A DNA stretch of 64,000 bases from a virus (lineage: Duplodnaviria > Heunggongvirae > Uroviricota > Caudoviricetes): IMG/VR virus record IMGVR_UViG_3300028591_000077. The stretch is one strand, 5' to 3'. Of this stretch, positions 51,514 through 60,682 are shown in pieces (position 1 is the stretch's first letter; each line of letters begins with the position of its first letter). The notes under the pieces were generated by a model. The model was not told where the DNA came from. It saw nothing but the letters and a program-made list of their open reading frames with translations, and searched no databases. Both the position numbers and the translations under genes were made by a program.

Positions 51514-51629
51514 TGGGAGTATTTACAGTAATCGGCATTATCACAGTTTCAACGATAGCAGGATGTCTTGTTGGAGTGCCAGTCGGAACCATGCTTGGCC
51601 GTTTAATTGAAAATTATTTAAATAAATAG
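51513..51629 (+). CDS. small TM peptide (38 aa)
   Basis: ATG overlapping TAATG; hydrophobic. Confidence 0.3.
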   Translation: MGVFTVIGIITVSTIAGCLVGVPVGTMLGRLIENYLNK

Positions 51630-51639
51630 GAGATACATT

Positions 51640-52062
51640 ATGTTAATAGATGAAATCAAAAAAGCGAACATAGATGCTATGAAGGCACGCGACGCAGATG
51701 CACGTGCGGTATTATCTATTGTAATTAATAAATACACAACTGCTAATATAGAAGCAAAAGCTGCTGGAAAAGAACTAACAGATGCCGATATGTTAGCAAT
51801 TATCCAAAAGACTCTAAAAGAACTTCAAGATGAGGGTGAGGGTTATTGGAAAACAGGCAATGCTGAAAGATATGATTCTATTACTCACCAAAAAAGAGCT
51901 ATTTCTGTATTCTTACCAAAGCAGCTTACGGAAGCCGAGATTAGGGCTGAGATAGATAAATTAGAAGACAAGTCAATTCCAAGCGTTATGAAGCACTTTA
52001 AAGCCAATTTCGCAGGTCAGGTTGATATGTCTGTAGTTAGCAGAATTGTGAGAGGAGCTTAA
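51640..52062 (+). CDS. GatB/YqeY domain protein
   Basis: N-terminal helix pattern EIKKANIDAMKARDADARAVLSIVINK resembles YqeY. Confidence 0.55.
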   Translation: MLIDEIKKANIDAMKARDADARAVLSIVINKYTTANIEAKAAGKELTDADMLAIIQKTLKELQDEGEGYWKTGNAERYDSITHQKRAISVFLPKQLTEAEIRAEIDKLEDKSIPSVMKHFKANFAGQVDMSVVSRIVRGA

Positions 52063-52063
52063 T

Positions 52064-52564
52064 ATGGCAGAAATTAAAGAGTTAACTCTTGATGAGTGCA
52101 GAACTCAAACTCAAAAACATATTGATTTAGTTAATAAACTAGGTCGTATTTATATCAACGAGCTTAATACTAGACTTGCCAACCACGATAAGTCTAAGCT
52201 AGAAAGTCCTGAAGTCGAAGAATTTGCCAAGGTTACAAATGGCCTTGCTACTACGACCTATGGCAGTGAGGAATACATGAAGTTCTTAAAAGAAGACTTA
52301 GCTCTTGCTCTTGAGCATCACTATGCTCACAATCGTCACCATCCAGAGCACTTCGGCGAACGTGGCGTCGACGCTATGAATCTGTTTGATTTAGTTGAGA
52401 TGTTCTTAGACTGGCTAGCTGCCTCTAAGAGACAAAACAACGGCAATCTTATGGTTAGCATTGATAAGTCTTGTGAAAGATTCAACATTACTGGCACGCT
52501 TGCCAATATCCTTAGAAATACTGTGGATTACTTTGATGCAATATTAAGTGCGGAGGATAAATAA
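52064..52564 (+). CDS. His-rich putative metal-dependent (HD-like) protein, paralog 2 of 3
   Basis: NHDKSK ... HHYAHNRHHPEHF. Confidence 0.45.
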   Translation: MAEIKELTLDECRTQTQKHIDLVNKLGRIYINELNTRLANHDKSKLESPEVEEFAKVTNGLATTTYGSEEYMKFLKEDLALALEHHYAHNRHHPEHFGERGVDAMNLFDLVEMFLDWLAASKRQNNGNLMVSIDKSCERFNITGTLANILRNTVDYFDAILSAEDK

Positions 52565-52899
52565 TGTTTATTGAAATTAGAGACATCAATTCAGAAACCA
52601 ATGGATTAGATCTTGCAATTGTTGATACAGAGTCCATTCAAGAAATCTTATGCAAGGATGGGGACACAGAACAAATAAGACATGATGAAGACGGTAAAGT
52701 TTATACTTATTATCGCATTGTGATATCTTATAAAAATGATAGCGGTAATACAACATTTTGTTTTAGGTCAGCAGAACAAAGAAAAGCTACTTATAATGCT
52801 TTAATGAAGGTATTAGAAGTTAAACCGCTGATTCCTGAAGCTATTGAGCCAATATTCTCTACGGAATCATCAATATTAAAGCCATTGTCAGATTATTAA
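52564..52899 (+). CDS. hypothetical protein (111 aa)
   Basis: ORF; terminator 52906-52935. Confidence 0.45.
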   Translation: MFIEIRDINSETNGLDLAIVDTESIQEILCKDGDTEQIRHDEDGKVYTYYRIVISYKNDSGNTTFCFRSAEQRKATYNALMKVLEVKPLIPEAIEPIFSTESSILKPLSDY

Positions 52900-52990
52900 T
52901 TTAAAAAATCAGCAAAATTGCTGATTTTTTATTATTTTAACCGTATAATATAATGCAGTTAAGTTAAACATTATTCGGAGGAGCAATTAA

Positions 52991-54079
52991 ATGAAAGTAG
53001 TTTGCACAGGTTCAACGTATAAGATTTATGATAATAATTTAAAGACCTATGATCAGCTACCGCCAGCCACATATCTTGTTGGCTGTGGTCAATTTACCGG
53101 TTTTTATTTAGAAAAACAAGAAGATGTCGTCGTCAATGAAAAGATTTATGGTGTGCATCAGGCAAAAGTTGATAAGATTTTAGCATCTTTTAAAGATTTT
53201 GAAAGAAACCTTGGCGTTATCTTATCTGGTGATAAAGGCATTGGTAAATCATTATCAGCAAAGCTTTTAGCTCGGGATGCTATTGCCGCAGGTTATCCTA
53301 TTATTCTTGTCAATAGCTACTTCGAAGGTATTTCTGAGTTCATCGACAGCATTACGCAAGAAGTTGTTGTTGTCTTTGATGAATTCGATAAGACTTATTC
53401 TGAAAAAGGCGCGCAAACTCAGTTACTTACACTTTTAGATGGTTTCGGTTCTGGCAAAAAGCTATTCGTCATTACTTGTAATAATTTAAGCAATGTTAGC
53501 GAATTCTTAGTCAATCGTCCAGGACGTTTCCATTATCACCTTAGATTCGGCTATCCAACTCATGAGGAAATTCGTGAATATCTACAAGATAAGCTCGATA
53601 AGAAATATTGGGGTGAAATTGATTCTGTCATTGTTTTCAGCGGCAAAGTCGAATTGAACTATGACTGCTTACGCGCTATCGCTTTCGAGCTAAATCGTGG
53701 AAGCACATTTAAAGAAGCAATCAGCGACCTTAACATCGTCAATTACAATAAGTCTACTGAGGCTTACGTCGCAACGCTTATTTGCGAAGACGGCACACAA
53801 ATGGTCTTGAAGCAATGCTATGTCGATTTCAGCGACTATGACGAATACTTCTCTATTACATTCCGTGGTAACGACTTACGTTGCTATGTTGAATTCAATC
53901 CATTTGAAGCTGGCTATTATGACAGTTCTAGAATGCTTACTGTTGTCCAAGGTAAAGATGTTGAAGCACAATGGACTGACAGGGTTGGTAATGACCTTAA
54001 GAAAAACGTTAAGACTCCAGTCATTAAAGAAATTCTCTTCAAGCGTAAATACGATTATAATATCCATTATGCTGTATAA
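52991..54079 (+). CDS. AAA+ ATPase
   Basis: Walker A GDKGIGKS, Walker B VVVFDEFD. Confidence 0.6.
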   Translation: MKVVCTGSTYKIYDNNLKTYDQLPPATYLVGCGQFTGFYLEKQEDVVVNEKIYGVHQAKVDKILASFKDFERNLGVILSGDKGIGKSLSAKLLARDAIAAGYPIILVNSYFEGISEFIDSITQEVVVVFDEFDKTYSEKGAQTQLLTLLDGFGSGKKLFVITCNNLSNVSEFLVNRPGRFHYHLRFGYPTHEEIREYLQDKLDKKYWGEIDSVIVFSGKVELNYDCLRAIAFELNRGSTFKEAISDLNIVNYNKSTEAYVATLICEDGTQMVLKQCYVDFSDYDEYFSITFRGNDLRCYVEFNPFEAGYYDSSRMLTVVQGKDVEAQWTDRVGNDLKKNVKTPVIKEILFKRKYDYNIHYAV

Positions 54080-54130
54080 AAAGCCGGTTATTCCGGCCTT
54101 TTTTATTGTATAATAAAATGAGGTATTTTT

Positions 54131-54976
54131 ATGAGCAGAGAAGAAAACGTTAGGATTTTTCAAGACACAATGAATTTTATTCATGATAATAAAATCTTGT
54201 CAGAAGCTGTAAGAAGCACAATTCAAAATACAAAGCTTTATAAGACTTCACAAGAGCCCACAAATTTAGCTACTAAATGTTTTTTAAATAATGTCTTTGT
54301 GACAAACCATAAGACTTTTGAAGCAGTTTTTGAGTTACGTAAGACATATCTTAACTCTAAGATTGCAGTTCTCAACTTCGCTTCGGCAACAAAACCTGGC
54401 GGTGGAGTGACAAGTGGTGCTTCTGCACAAGAAGAGGCTTTATGTAGATGCTCTACATTATTTCCGTGTCTATCAACCAAAAGACTTTATGAAGGATTCT
54501 ATGGTCCGCACAGGGTAGATGGCAATCCACTTCATAATGATGATATTATTTATACACCAGATGTTATTATTTGCAAGACAGACGATGGTAGGTTTAATAG
54601 ACTATCCGATGATAAGTTTATTAAAGTAGATGTCATTACTTGTGCTGCTCCAAATCTAAGACATAACCCAAATCATCCTTTTAGCGATTATGATAGGGTT
54701 GTGGATGATGCAGTTATTTCTGCCACTGACTTAGAAGAGCTCCATTATAGAAGGGCGAAACAAATTCTTAATGTAGCTATTGAAAATGGTGTTAAAGTTT
54801 TAGTTCTTGGTGCATTTGGCTGTGGCGCTTTTAAAAATAGCCCAACTGTTGTAGCAAGAGCCTATAAAAGAGCTTTAGAGCAATATGCATCTAAGTTTGA
54901 TGAAATTGAATTTGCAATTTATTGCAGGGATTATGAAACTCAGAATTATGATGCATTTAAACGAGAATTAGAATAA
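54131..54976 (+). CDS. PARG-like macrodomain protein (DUF2263-type ADP-ribose glycohydrolase)
   Basis: PGGGVTSGASAQEE fits the PARG signature GGG-X6-8-QEE. Confidence 0.6.
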   Translation: MSREENVRIFQDTMNFIHDNKILSEAVRSTIQNTKLYKTSQEPTNLATKCFLNNVFVTNHKTFEAVFELRKTYLNSKIAVLNFASATKPGGGVTSGASAQEEALCRCSTLFPCLSTKRLYEGFYGPHRVDGNPLHNDDIIYTPDVIICKTDDGRFNRLSDDKFIKVDVITCAAPNLRHNPNHPFSDYDRVVDDAVISATDLEELHYRRAKQILNVAIENGVKVLVLGAFGCGAFKNSPTVVARAYKRALEQYASKFDEIEFAIYCRDYETQNYDAFKRELE

Positions 54977-54982
54977 GGAGGA

Positions 54983-55162
54983 ATGATTGTGGAATTAGAA
55001 ATCGCATTAAAAAGTGGACAATTAATTATTACTTTTCCAACTAAGGTTGAATATACTGGTTGGCCAAGACAAATCTTAAAAGTCTATCATGGAACAAAAG
55101 TAGATGAATATCCAATGGTCGATATTCAAAACTTTACAATTAAAGAAGGAATTAGCGAGTAA
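54983..55162 (+). CDS. small hypothetical protein (59 aa)
   Basis: RBS aaggagg + ATG. Confidence 0.3.
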   Translation: MIVELEIALKSGQLIITFPTKVEYTGWPRQILKVYHGTKVDEYPMVDIQNFTIKEGISE

Positions 55163-55164
55163 TC

Positions 55165-55809
55165 ATGTGCATTATATTTTTAGATATAGATGGTGTATTA
55201 AATGCTGCTAATGATTTTGGTGGTCGTAAAAAGCCAAATCCAATTGTAACGTCAGATTCTGGCATTAGGTATTGTGGCATTAGCAAAACAAAAGCTAAAG
55301 AGCTTAAGTGGATAGTCGATAAAACTGACGCCAAAATTGTTTTAGTATCTTCTTGGAAAAGTGATTATGCAGAATATTTAAGAAATAAAACGAATAAAAC
55401 AGGCAAATATCTGTATAATAAGCTTAGAAAAGTTGGCTTATCAATTTATGACCATACTAACGATTTAGCCGTTGGTTTTCATTCTCATCGCGGGCACGAG
55501 ATAGTTACTTGGCTTGCTAACCAACCTGAGCCAATAGATGCTTGGGTAGTGCTCGATGATGAAGTATTCAGCGACTACGGCGATAGTATTAAGCAAAATC
55601 TTATTTTAACCTCTGAACATGATGGTTTAACACATGAGCTGGCAAAGCTTGCTGCATGCAAACTATTGGGACTTCCCGAGGGTTCATTCGATACTGAGTT
55701 TGAAAAGCTAGCAAAAGAGATGACTGCAGCGGCAATTCCAGCAGTTGAAGAAAAAGAACTGGTTATTATTAAACCAAATGGTCCTGCAAAACAAATAAAC
55801 AATAAATAA
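55165..55809 (+). CDS. HAD-superfamily phosphatase (paralog B)
   Basis: FLDIDGVLN, VLVSSWK. Confidence 0.55.
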   Translation: MCIIFLDIDGVLNAANDFGGRKKPNPIVTSDSGIRYCGISKTKAKELKWIVDKTDAKIVLVSSWKSDYAEYLRNKTNKTGKYLYNKLRKVGLSIYDHTNDLAVGFHSHRGHEIVTWLANQPEPIDAWVVLDDEVFSDYGDSIKQNLILTSEHDGLTHELAKLAACKLLGLPEGSFDTEFEKLAKEMTAAAIPAVEEKELVIIKPNGPAKQINNK

Positions 55810-55830
55810 TTAATAAATTTCTGCTAAATT

Positions 55831-56490
55831 ATGTGTATGAATTTATTAGAAACCTATGATGAATTAAGTGCATTAAATGAATCGCCTATATATTCAGCAT
55901 ATGAACCAATAAATTTAGAAGCATTCGAGAATGGCACAAATAATGTGCTATATATTGTAGGCATGCCAGGAAGTGGAAAGTCTACCTTGGCTGATATGTT
56001 AGCAGAACAATATGGCGCTAAAATTATCAACCTTGATAATGGCTGACTCGGTGGCATAGTTAACGTTACTGACGAAGAGCTTGAGATTTCTTGGTTTGAT
56101 GAAGAATTTTGGCGTCATTTTCCTAAATACAGAACAACATTTGACAATGTTTGCAAGTATGTGAACGAGCATCCAGAGGACCCGTATGCTGCTGAAAATT
56201 GTCCTGACACAGATTCTGTATTAGGCGGCACCTATTATACCGATTATATTAAATATGCAATAGAATACGCTAATAGTCATAAACAAGAAAAGTTTATAAT
56301 TGAAGGCGTTCAACTATTAGATAGAGATTCTGCTGGATATTTACATAGAGCTCTTATGGGACCAGACCCTTCTATATTATTCATGAGAACTAAATCAAAA
56401 AGAGTTACAAGAAATATTAGAGCAAGGGATAAAGCTTGGGGATTAAAGCCAAGAGACCCAAAAGAGTTACACAAACAAAACATGAAATGA
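55831..56490 (+). CDS. P-loop NTPase/kinase-like (one TGA-Trp)
   Basis: Walker A GMPGSGKST; ORFs 55831 and 56161 joined via TGA 56044. Confidence 0.5.
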
Positions 56491-56538
56491 AAGAAAGAAA
56501 TCGATGATTTCAGAAAAGAATTCAAAGGAGAATAAAAT

Positions 56539-58788
56539 ATGGTAGCTTACAAGTATGTTGTTTGCAGTGATACAGAGCCTAGCATCTACGACGAATTTGA
56601 AATTGCAGATGAGGCTATTGCTTATGCAAGTGAGCACAAGGATGCTGCAACTTATGTAAAGAAAATCGAAGTAGAATTAAATGACTTTGGTGAAGTTACG
56701 CAAGAATATGGCAGTGAGATTATTTGGTCTGCTAATGACGAGCTTTCAGTACAAGCCAAAGATAATTTCATGACGCCTGAGGATGAAGAAGAATGGCTTA
56801 AACAAATGGAGCAAGAAGAGGAAGATAGAAAATATGTTGATCCATTTGAAGCCGATGAATTTGGTGATTTCTACACAAATAGACATGAAAGTTTAGACGC
56901 CGATAAAATGGTTGAAGCAATGGAAGAAAATGAATCTGAAGTAGAATGCAAACGTTGCTTTGAATTATTTCCAAAAGAGGATTGTATTAAAACCGAGCAC
57001 GGCTATTTATGCAAAGAATGTGCAAGTCAGCATGAATCTTTAGAAAATACTGTTGAAATTGACTTAAACGATGATAGAACACCACATACAGAAACATCTG
57101 TAGAAATGGAAGAACCGTTTGTAGCAAATGATATGCGTAAGCATGAGCATGCTATTAAAGATGATGATTCTCATGAGTTTAAATTCTTCTATTTAGAGGA
57201 TTGGGATGTCGAGCCAAAAGCCGAATCCAATGCCGAAGCTCGTGTTACAGATTTCTTTGGCGATTTAGAATCTATTGAAGAACATGTTCAAGATAGACCA
57301 GCACCTGTTGAGTCAGAACAAGAATTACAAGGCACAGATAATGCAGTTGTTGATTGTCAAACAGACCATAAAGTTATTGCTCATAGCGAAGATGAGAAAC
57401 CATTAGATTGCAAAATGAAAAAACCAGCTCTTGAGAAGCCTTTAGCCGGTGAAGAAGTTGGTATTAAAATTAATGAAGATACTGATATTAAGGATCTCTC
57501 CAGCCAACAAAAAAATGATGTTATTACAGATGTTGCCAAATCACTTGCTAGTAAAGATGTTAATACTGTTAAAGCCGGCATCACAAGAGAGCAGGGTGGT
57601 ATTGCATATGAAAATGAAAAGGTGCAAAATATTAAAAAAGCTATTTTTGAAGAGAACTTAACTGAAGAATTAGATGAAAAAGAAATTCCTTGGATTTTGC
57701 AACAAGGTGAAGATGGTGAACCAGAATTTATTGGTTGGGCTAAATCAGAGAATGATTTAATCTCTCAAATGGTTGCAAATCATACATCAGATGTTATCTA
57801 TGAAAATACTTATATTGATGAGCTAGATAAAGATACCTATGAATATATGAAAAAAGATGGTGATTTATCTGAAGATGAAATTGAGGAATTAGATAAATAT
57901 TTTGGTATTGCTGAAAATTTAGAAGAGGCCAAGAAAGATGATGAATTACCAGTTGATCCAGAAGCCGCTAAACTTGAAGTTCATACTATGCTAAATGATT
58001 TAGTGGCCGATGAGATTGAAGCAATCAATGGTTATGAAGAAGCTAAAGCTGAAATCATGGATACTCCAATTGCTCATAAAGATAATATCTTAGATACTAT
58101 TGACCACGTTGAAGATGAAGAAAAAGAACATGTTGACGAATTAATCGATGCTACTACTGAAATTCCATTTGATAAAGAAGAGGCTCCTGCTGCCAAAGAG
58201 CAAAAAGTGGAAGAGACACCAGCTGAAGAGCCAATTGATGCTGATCCATTTGATCAAGAGTTCCCAGAAGTAGCAGAAACTACAGAAGAAGCAGAGGTCA
58301 AAACTGAATCCTATCCAGATATTCCATTTGATTCAGAAGTTAAAGAAGGTGATAAGATTAGAATTATCCATTTAGCTGATGAAGATTCTGAATATGATGG
58401 TAAAGAAGGAACAGTTGAACATATTGACAGTATTGGTCAACTTCATGGAACTTGGGGTGGCTTAGCCGTTATTCCAGGTGTTGATGAATTTGAAATAATC
58501 GCTAATGAATCTTTTAACGAAGGGGTCAGTCTCGATAACCCCTCACTAAAAAAGGGGCTTGGATATTTAAGCAGATACCCAAATAAAAATGCTTATGTGT
58601 GTAGCTATAGAGATATGAGAACACATCAAGTAGTTACAGTTGATAGAGGTTTTGATACTTATGAAGACCTCATGAAATATATTAGAGCAATGGAAGCTGC
58701 AAATAAAAATATAGGCAGCTTCGAAGTATTATATTCCAATGATCTTGAAAAATACTATGATGCTCTAAATCAAAAAATAATTAAATAA
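56539..58788 (+). CDS. very acidic 749-aa protein with Cys4 zinc ribbon
   Basis: long D/E-rich ORF; CKRC ... CKEC. Confidence 0.55.
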   Translation: MVAYKYVVCSDTEPSIYDEFEIADEAIAYASEHKDAATYVKKIEVELNDFGEVTQEYGSEIIWSANDELSVQAKDNFMTPEDEEEWLKQMEQEEEDRKYVDPFEADEFGDFYTNRHESLDADKMVEAMEENESEVECKRCFELFPKEDCIKTEHGYLCKECASQHESLENTVEIDLNDDRTPHTETSVEMEEPFVANDMRKHEHAIKDDDSHEFKFFYLEDWDVEPKAESNAEARVTDFFGDLESIEEHVQDRPAPVESEQELQGTDNAVVDCQTDHKVIAHSEDEKPLDCKMKKPALEKPLAGEEVGIKINEDTDIKDLSSQQKNDVITDVAKSLASKDVNTVKAGITREQGGIAYENEKVQNIKKAIFEENLTEELDEKEIPWILQQGEDGEPEFIGWAKSENDLISQMVANHTSDVIYENTYIDELDKDTYEYMKKDGDLSEDEIEELDKYFGIAENLEEAKKDDELPVDPEAAKLEVHTMLNDLVADEIEAINGYEEAKAEIMDTPIAHKDNILDTIDHVEDEEKEHVDELIDATTEIPFDKEEAPAAKEQKVEETPAEEPIDADPFDQEFPEVAETTEEAEVKTESYPDIPFDSEVKEGDKIRIIHLADEDSEYDGKEGTVEHIDSIGQLHGTWGGLAVIPGVDEFEIIANESFNEGVSLDNPSLKKGLGYLSRYPNKNAYVCSYRDMRTHQVVTVDRGFDTYEDLMKYIRAMEAANKNIGSFEVLYSNDLEKYYDALNQKIIK

Positions 58789-58936
58789 ATCGTATATTAT
58801 AACGAGCGAACATAAGCATTAAGGAGAAGCCCCAGCTTGATACTTAATGCAAACTCATTTTAATAGAGGTATCCAAGAGCTAGATAGAAATAGTGGAGGA
58901 TACAAAAAACTAATATAGAATTAGGAGAAATTAAAA

Positions 58937-59401
58937 ATGAAGTATTACTCAGAAAAACTCGATAAGATTTTCGAGACAGAAAAAGAATTAGCTGCTGCTG
59001 AAAAGGAGCAGGCTGAAGCGGAAGCCAAGAAAGCTGAAGCAAAAGAACTTGTTAAGAAAGAATCTGAAACAGTTCAAGAAGCATTCAAGAAAATGAATGC
59101 TGCAAAACGCGATTACAATAAAGCAGTGATCGAAGCCCGTAAGGTTTACAATGCCGCTGTTATCGCTGCAAGAGATACCTATGCAAAAGCAATCTCAAGT
59201 GCGGATGAAAACAGAGTTGCTGCAGAAAAAGATTATGATGCAGCTTTAAAAGCTTTCCAAAGCAAGCATCCTGAAGGATATCGTCTTTGCCTTAAAGATG
59301 GCGATAATGTCGTCACCCTTTCCAGCGAATCATTTGAAGATAAGACCGATAGCTTTGATTTATTGGACATGTTTATTTCTAATCTAGCAAAGCATTGGTA
59401 A
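58937..59401 (+). CDS. coiled-coil protein (154 aa)
   Basis: A/E/K-rich heptad-like ORF with about 130-nt leader. Confidence 0.5.
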   Translation: MKYYSEKLDKIFETEKELAAAEKEQAEAEAKKAEAKELVKKESETVQEAFKKMNAAKRDYNKAVIEARKVYNAAVIAARDTYAKAISSADENRVAAEKDYDAALKAFQSKHPEGYRLCLKDGDNVVTLSSESFEDKTDSFDLLDMFISNLAKHW

Positions 59402-59522
59402 TCCTATCTTATCTGGGGCTAATAATTTATAAAAATATTGTATAATATTGTGAGTATAAGTTAGCTCACAAATATAGATGCTCTGACTTATATGTCAGAG
59501 CTTTATTTTTTAGGAGAACTTA

Positions 59523-59936
59523 ATGGACTATAGTAAAGAAGAGGTTATTGAAGCCTTATTGAACAGGGTAAAAAATAATGAGCATAGTTCTTTCGCATTT
59601 ATTAGGTCAATGCAAGAAAGAGCTGCTGCGAAAGAATATTATAATGTCGCTGTAAAAACAGCAGAGCATTTTAATATTTTAAAGCAAGCAATTTTACGTG
59701 GATACTGCAAAGATATTCTTACAGATAAAACAGACATTGAAGGGCTTGTAGCAGTTAGACATTTAGATGAGGCTGTTAAATTCTATTATAATGAAGCTAA
59801 TATAGCTTTAGATGCTTTAAAAGAATATAAAGCTTATTTATTTGGTGGCCATTTATTTGGCAGCATTGTTCTAAACAATTATAGACCAGATGAAGACTGT
59901 ATTGATTATAGAAAATTGCCTTGGAGATTCTTTTAA
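59523..59936 (+). CDS. hypothetical protein (137 aa)
   Basis: ORF; leader has two hairpins. Confidence 0.5.
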   Translation: MDYSKEEVIEALLNRVKNNEHSSFAFIRSMQERAAAKEYYNVAVKTAEHFNILKQAILRGYCKDILTDKTDIEGLVAVRHLDEAVKFYYNEANIALDALKEYKAYLFGGHLFGSIVLNNYRPDEDCIDYRKLPWRFF

Positions 59937-60166
59937 TGGAAAATAACACAAGTTTAGTTCAGCTTTTCAAGGTTTATGCTGAACAGCCAGAGCCACCCAT
60001 TATCGAATTGCAAGATTGCAATCATAAACCAATTGGTGCTTTATATTTAAAAACATTAAGGTATGATAAGTTAGCTATAAGTGAAACCAATAATACTGAG
60101 AAATATTTCTTATATATTGATGGTATCGGAATCTATTTCTCATTTTATAAAAAAGTAAAAGGATAA
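59921..60166 (+). CDS. hypothetical protein (81 aa)
   Basis: ORF. Confidence 0.4.
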   Translation: MEILLMENNTSLVQLFKVYAEQPEPPIIELQDCNHKPIGALYLKTLRYDKLAISETNNTEKYFLYIDGIGIYFSFYKKVKG

Positions 60167-60170
60167 AATT

Positions 60171-60629
60171 ATGCAAGAAAAAATTAAATTAAAACACGAT
60201 CCACATGGTGATTCAAGGCATGCTCCAAAAGACACAACTTTTGAGCAATTTCACGAGGCTAATGTGTCTCATATCCATGATGTTCAATCAGTAATGAATT
60301 GACTTTCTGCGTTGGTTAAGAATCAAGGTAAGATTCATGACTGGACTAAGATTAGGTATGAAAAAGAATTCTGAGATGATTTCTGGAGTGATGATTTCGT
60401 AAATGGCAAATGGTATCAAAGACACATTCATGCTGAAAAGCATCATCCAACATCATTCTGTCACGAGGATATAGACCTTATAGATATCCTAGAAATGATT
60501 GTGGATTGCGTTTGTGCTGGTAAGGCAAGAAGCGGTGAAGTTAGACCAATTGAAATCAATGACGAGATTTTAAAGAAGGCCGTGGCTAATACTGTAAAAT
60601 TAATAGACGAAAATACAGAAGTTGAATAA
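60171..60629 (+). CDS. His-rich putative metal-dependent (HD-like) protein, paralog 3 of 3 (two TGA-Trp)
   Basis: RHIHAEKHHPTSF; TGA at 60300 and 60372 in frame; missed by track. Confidence 0.45.
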
Positions 60630-60639
60630 AAGAGGTTAC

Positions 60640-60665
60640 AGAAACCTCTTTTTTATTGTATAATA
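60640..60665 (+). promoter_or_regulatory. terminator-promoter cassette: hairpin + T-run fused to TTATTGTATAATA extended -10 (representative of at least 12 in the late region)
   Basis: same cassette at 20349, 28969, 34985, 47813, 54078; -35 element absent. Confidence 0.55.
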
Positions 60666-60682
60666 ATTAGAGGTGATTTTTT

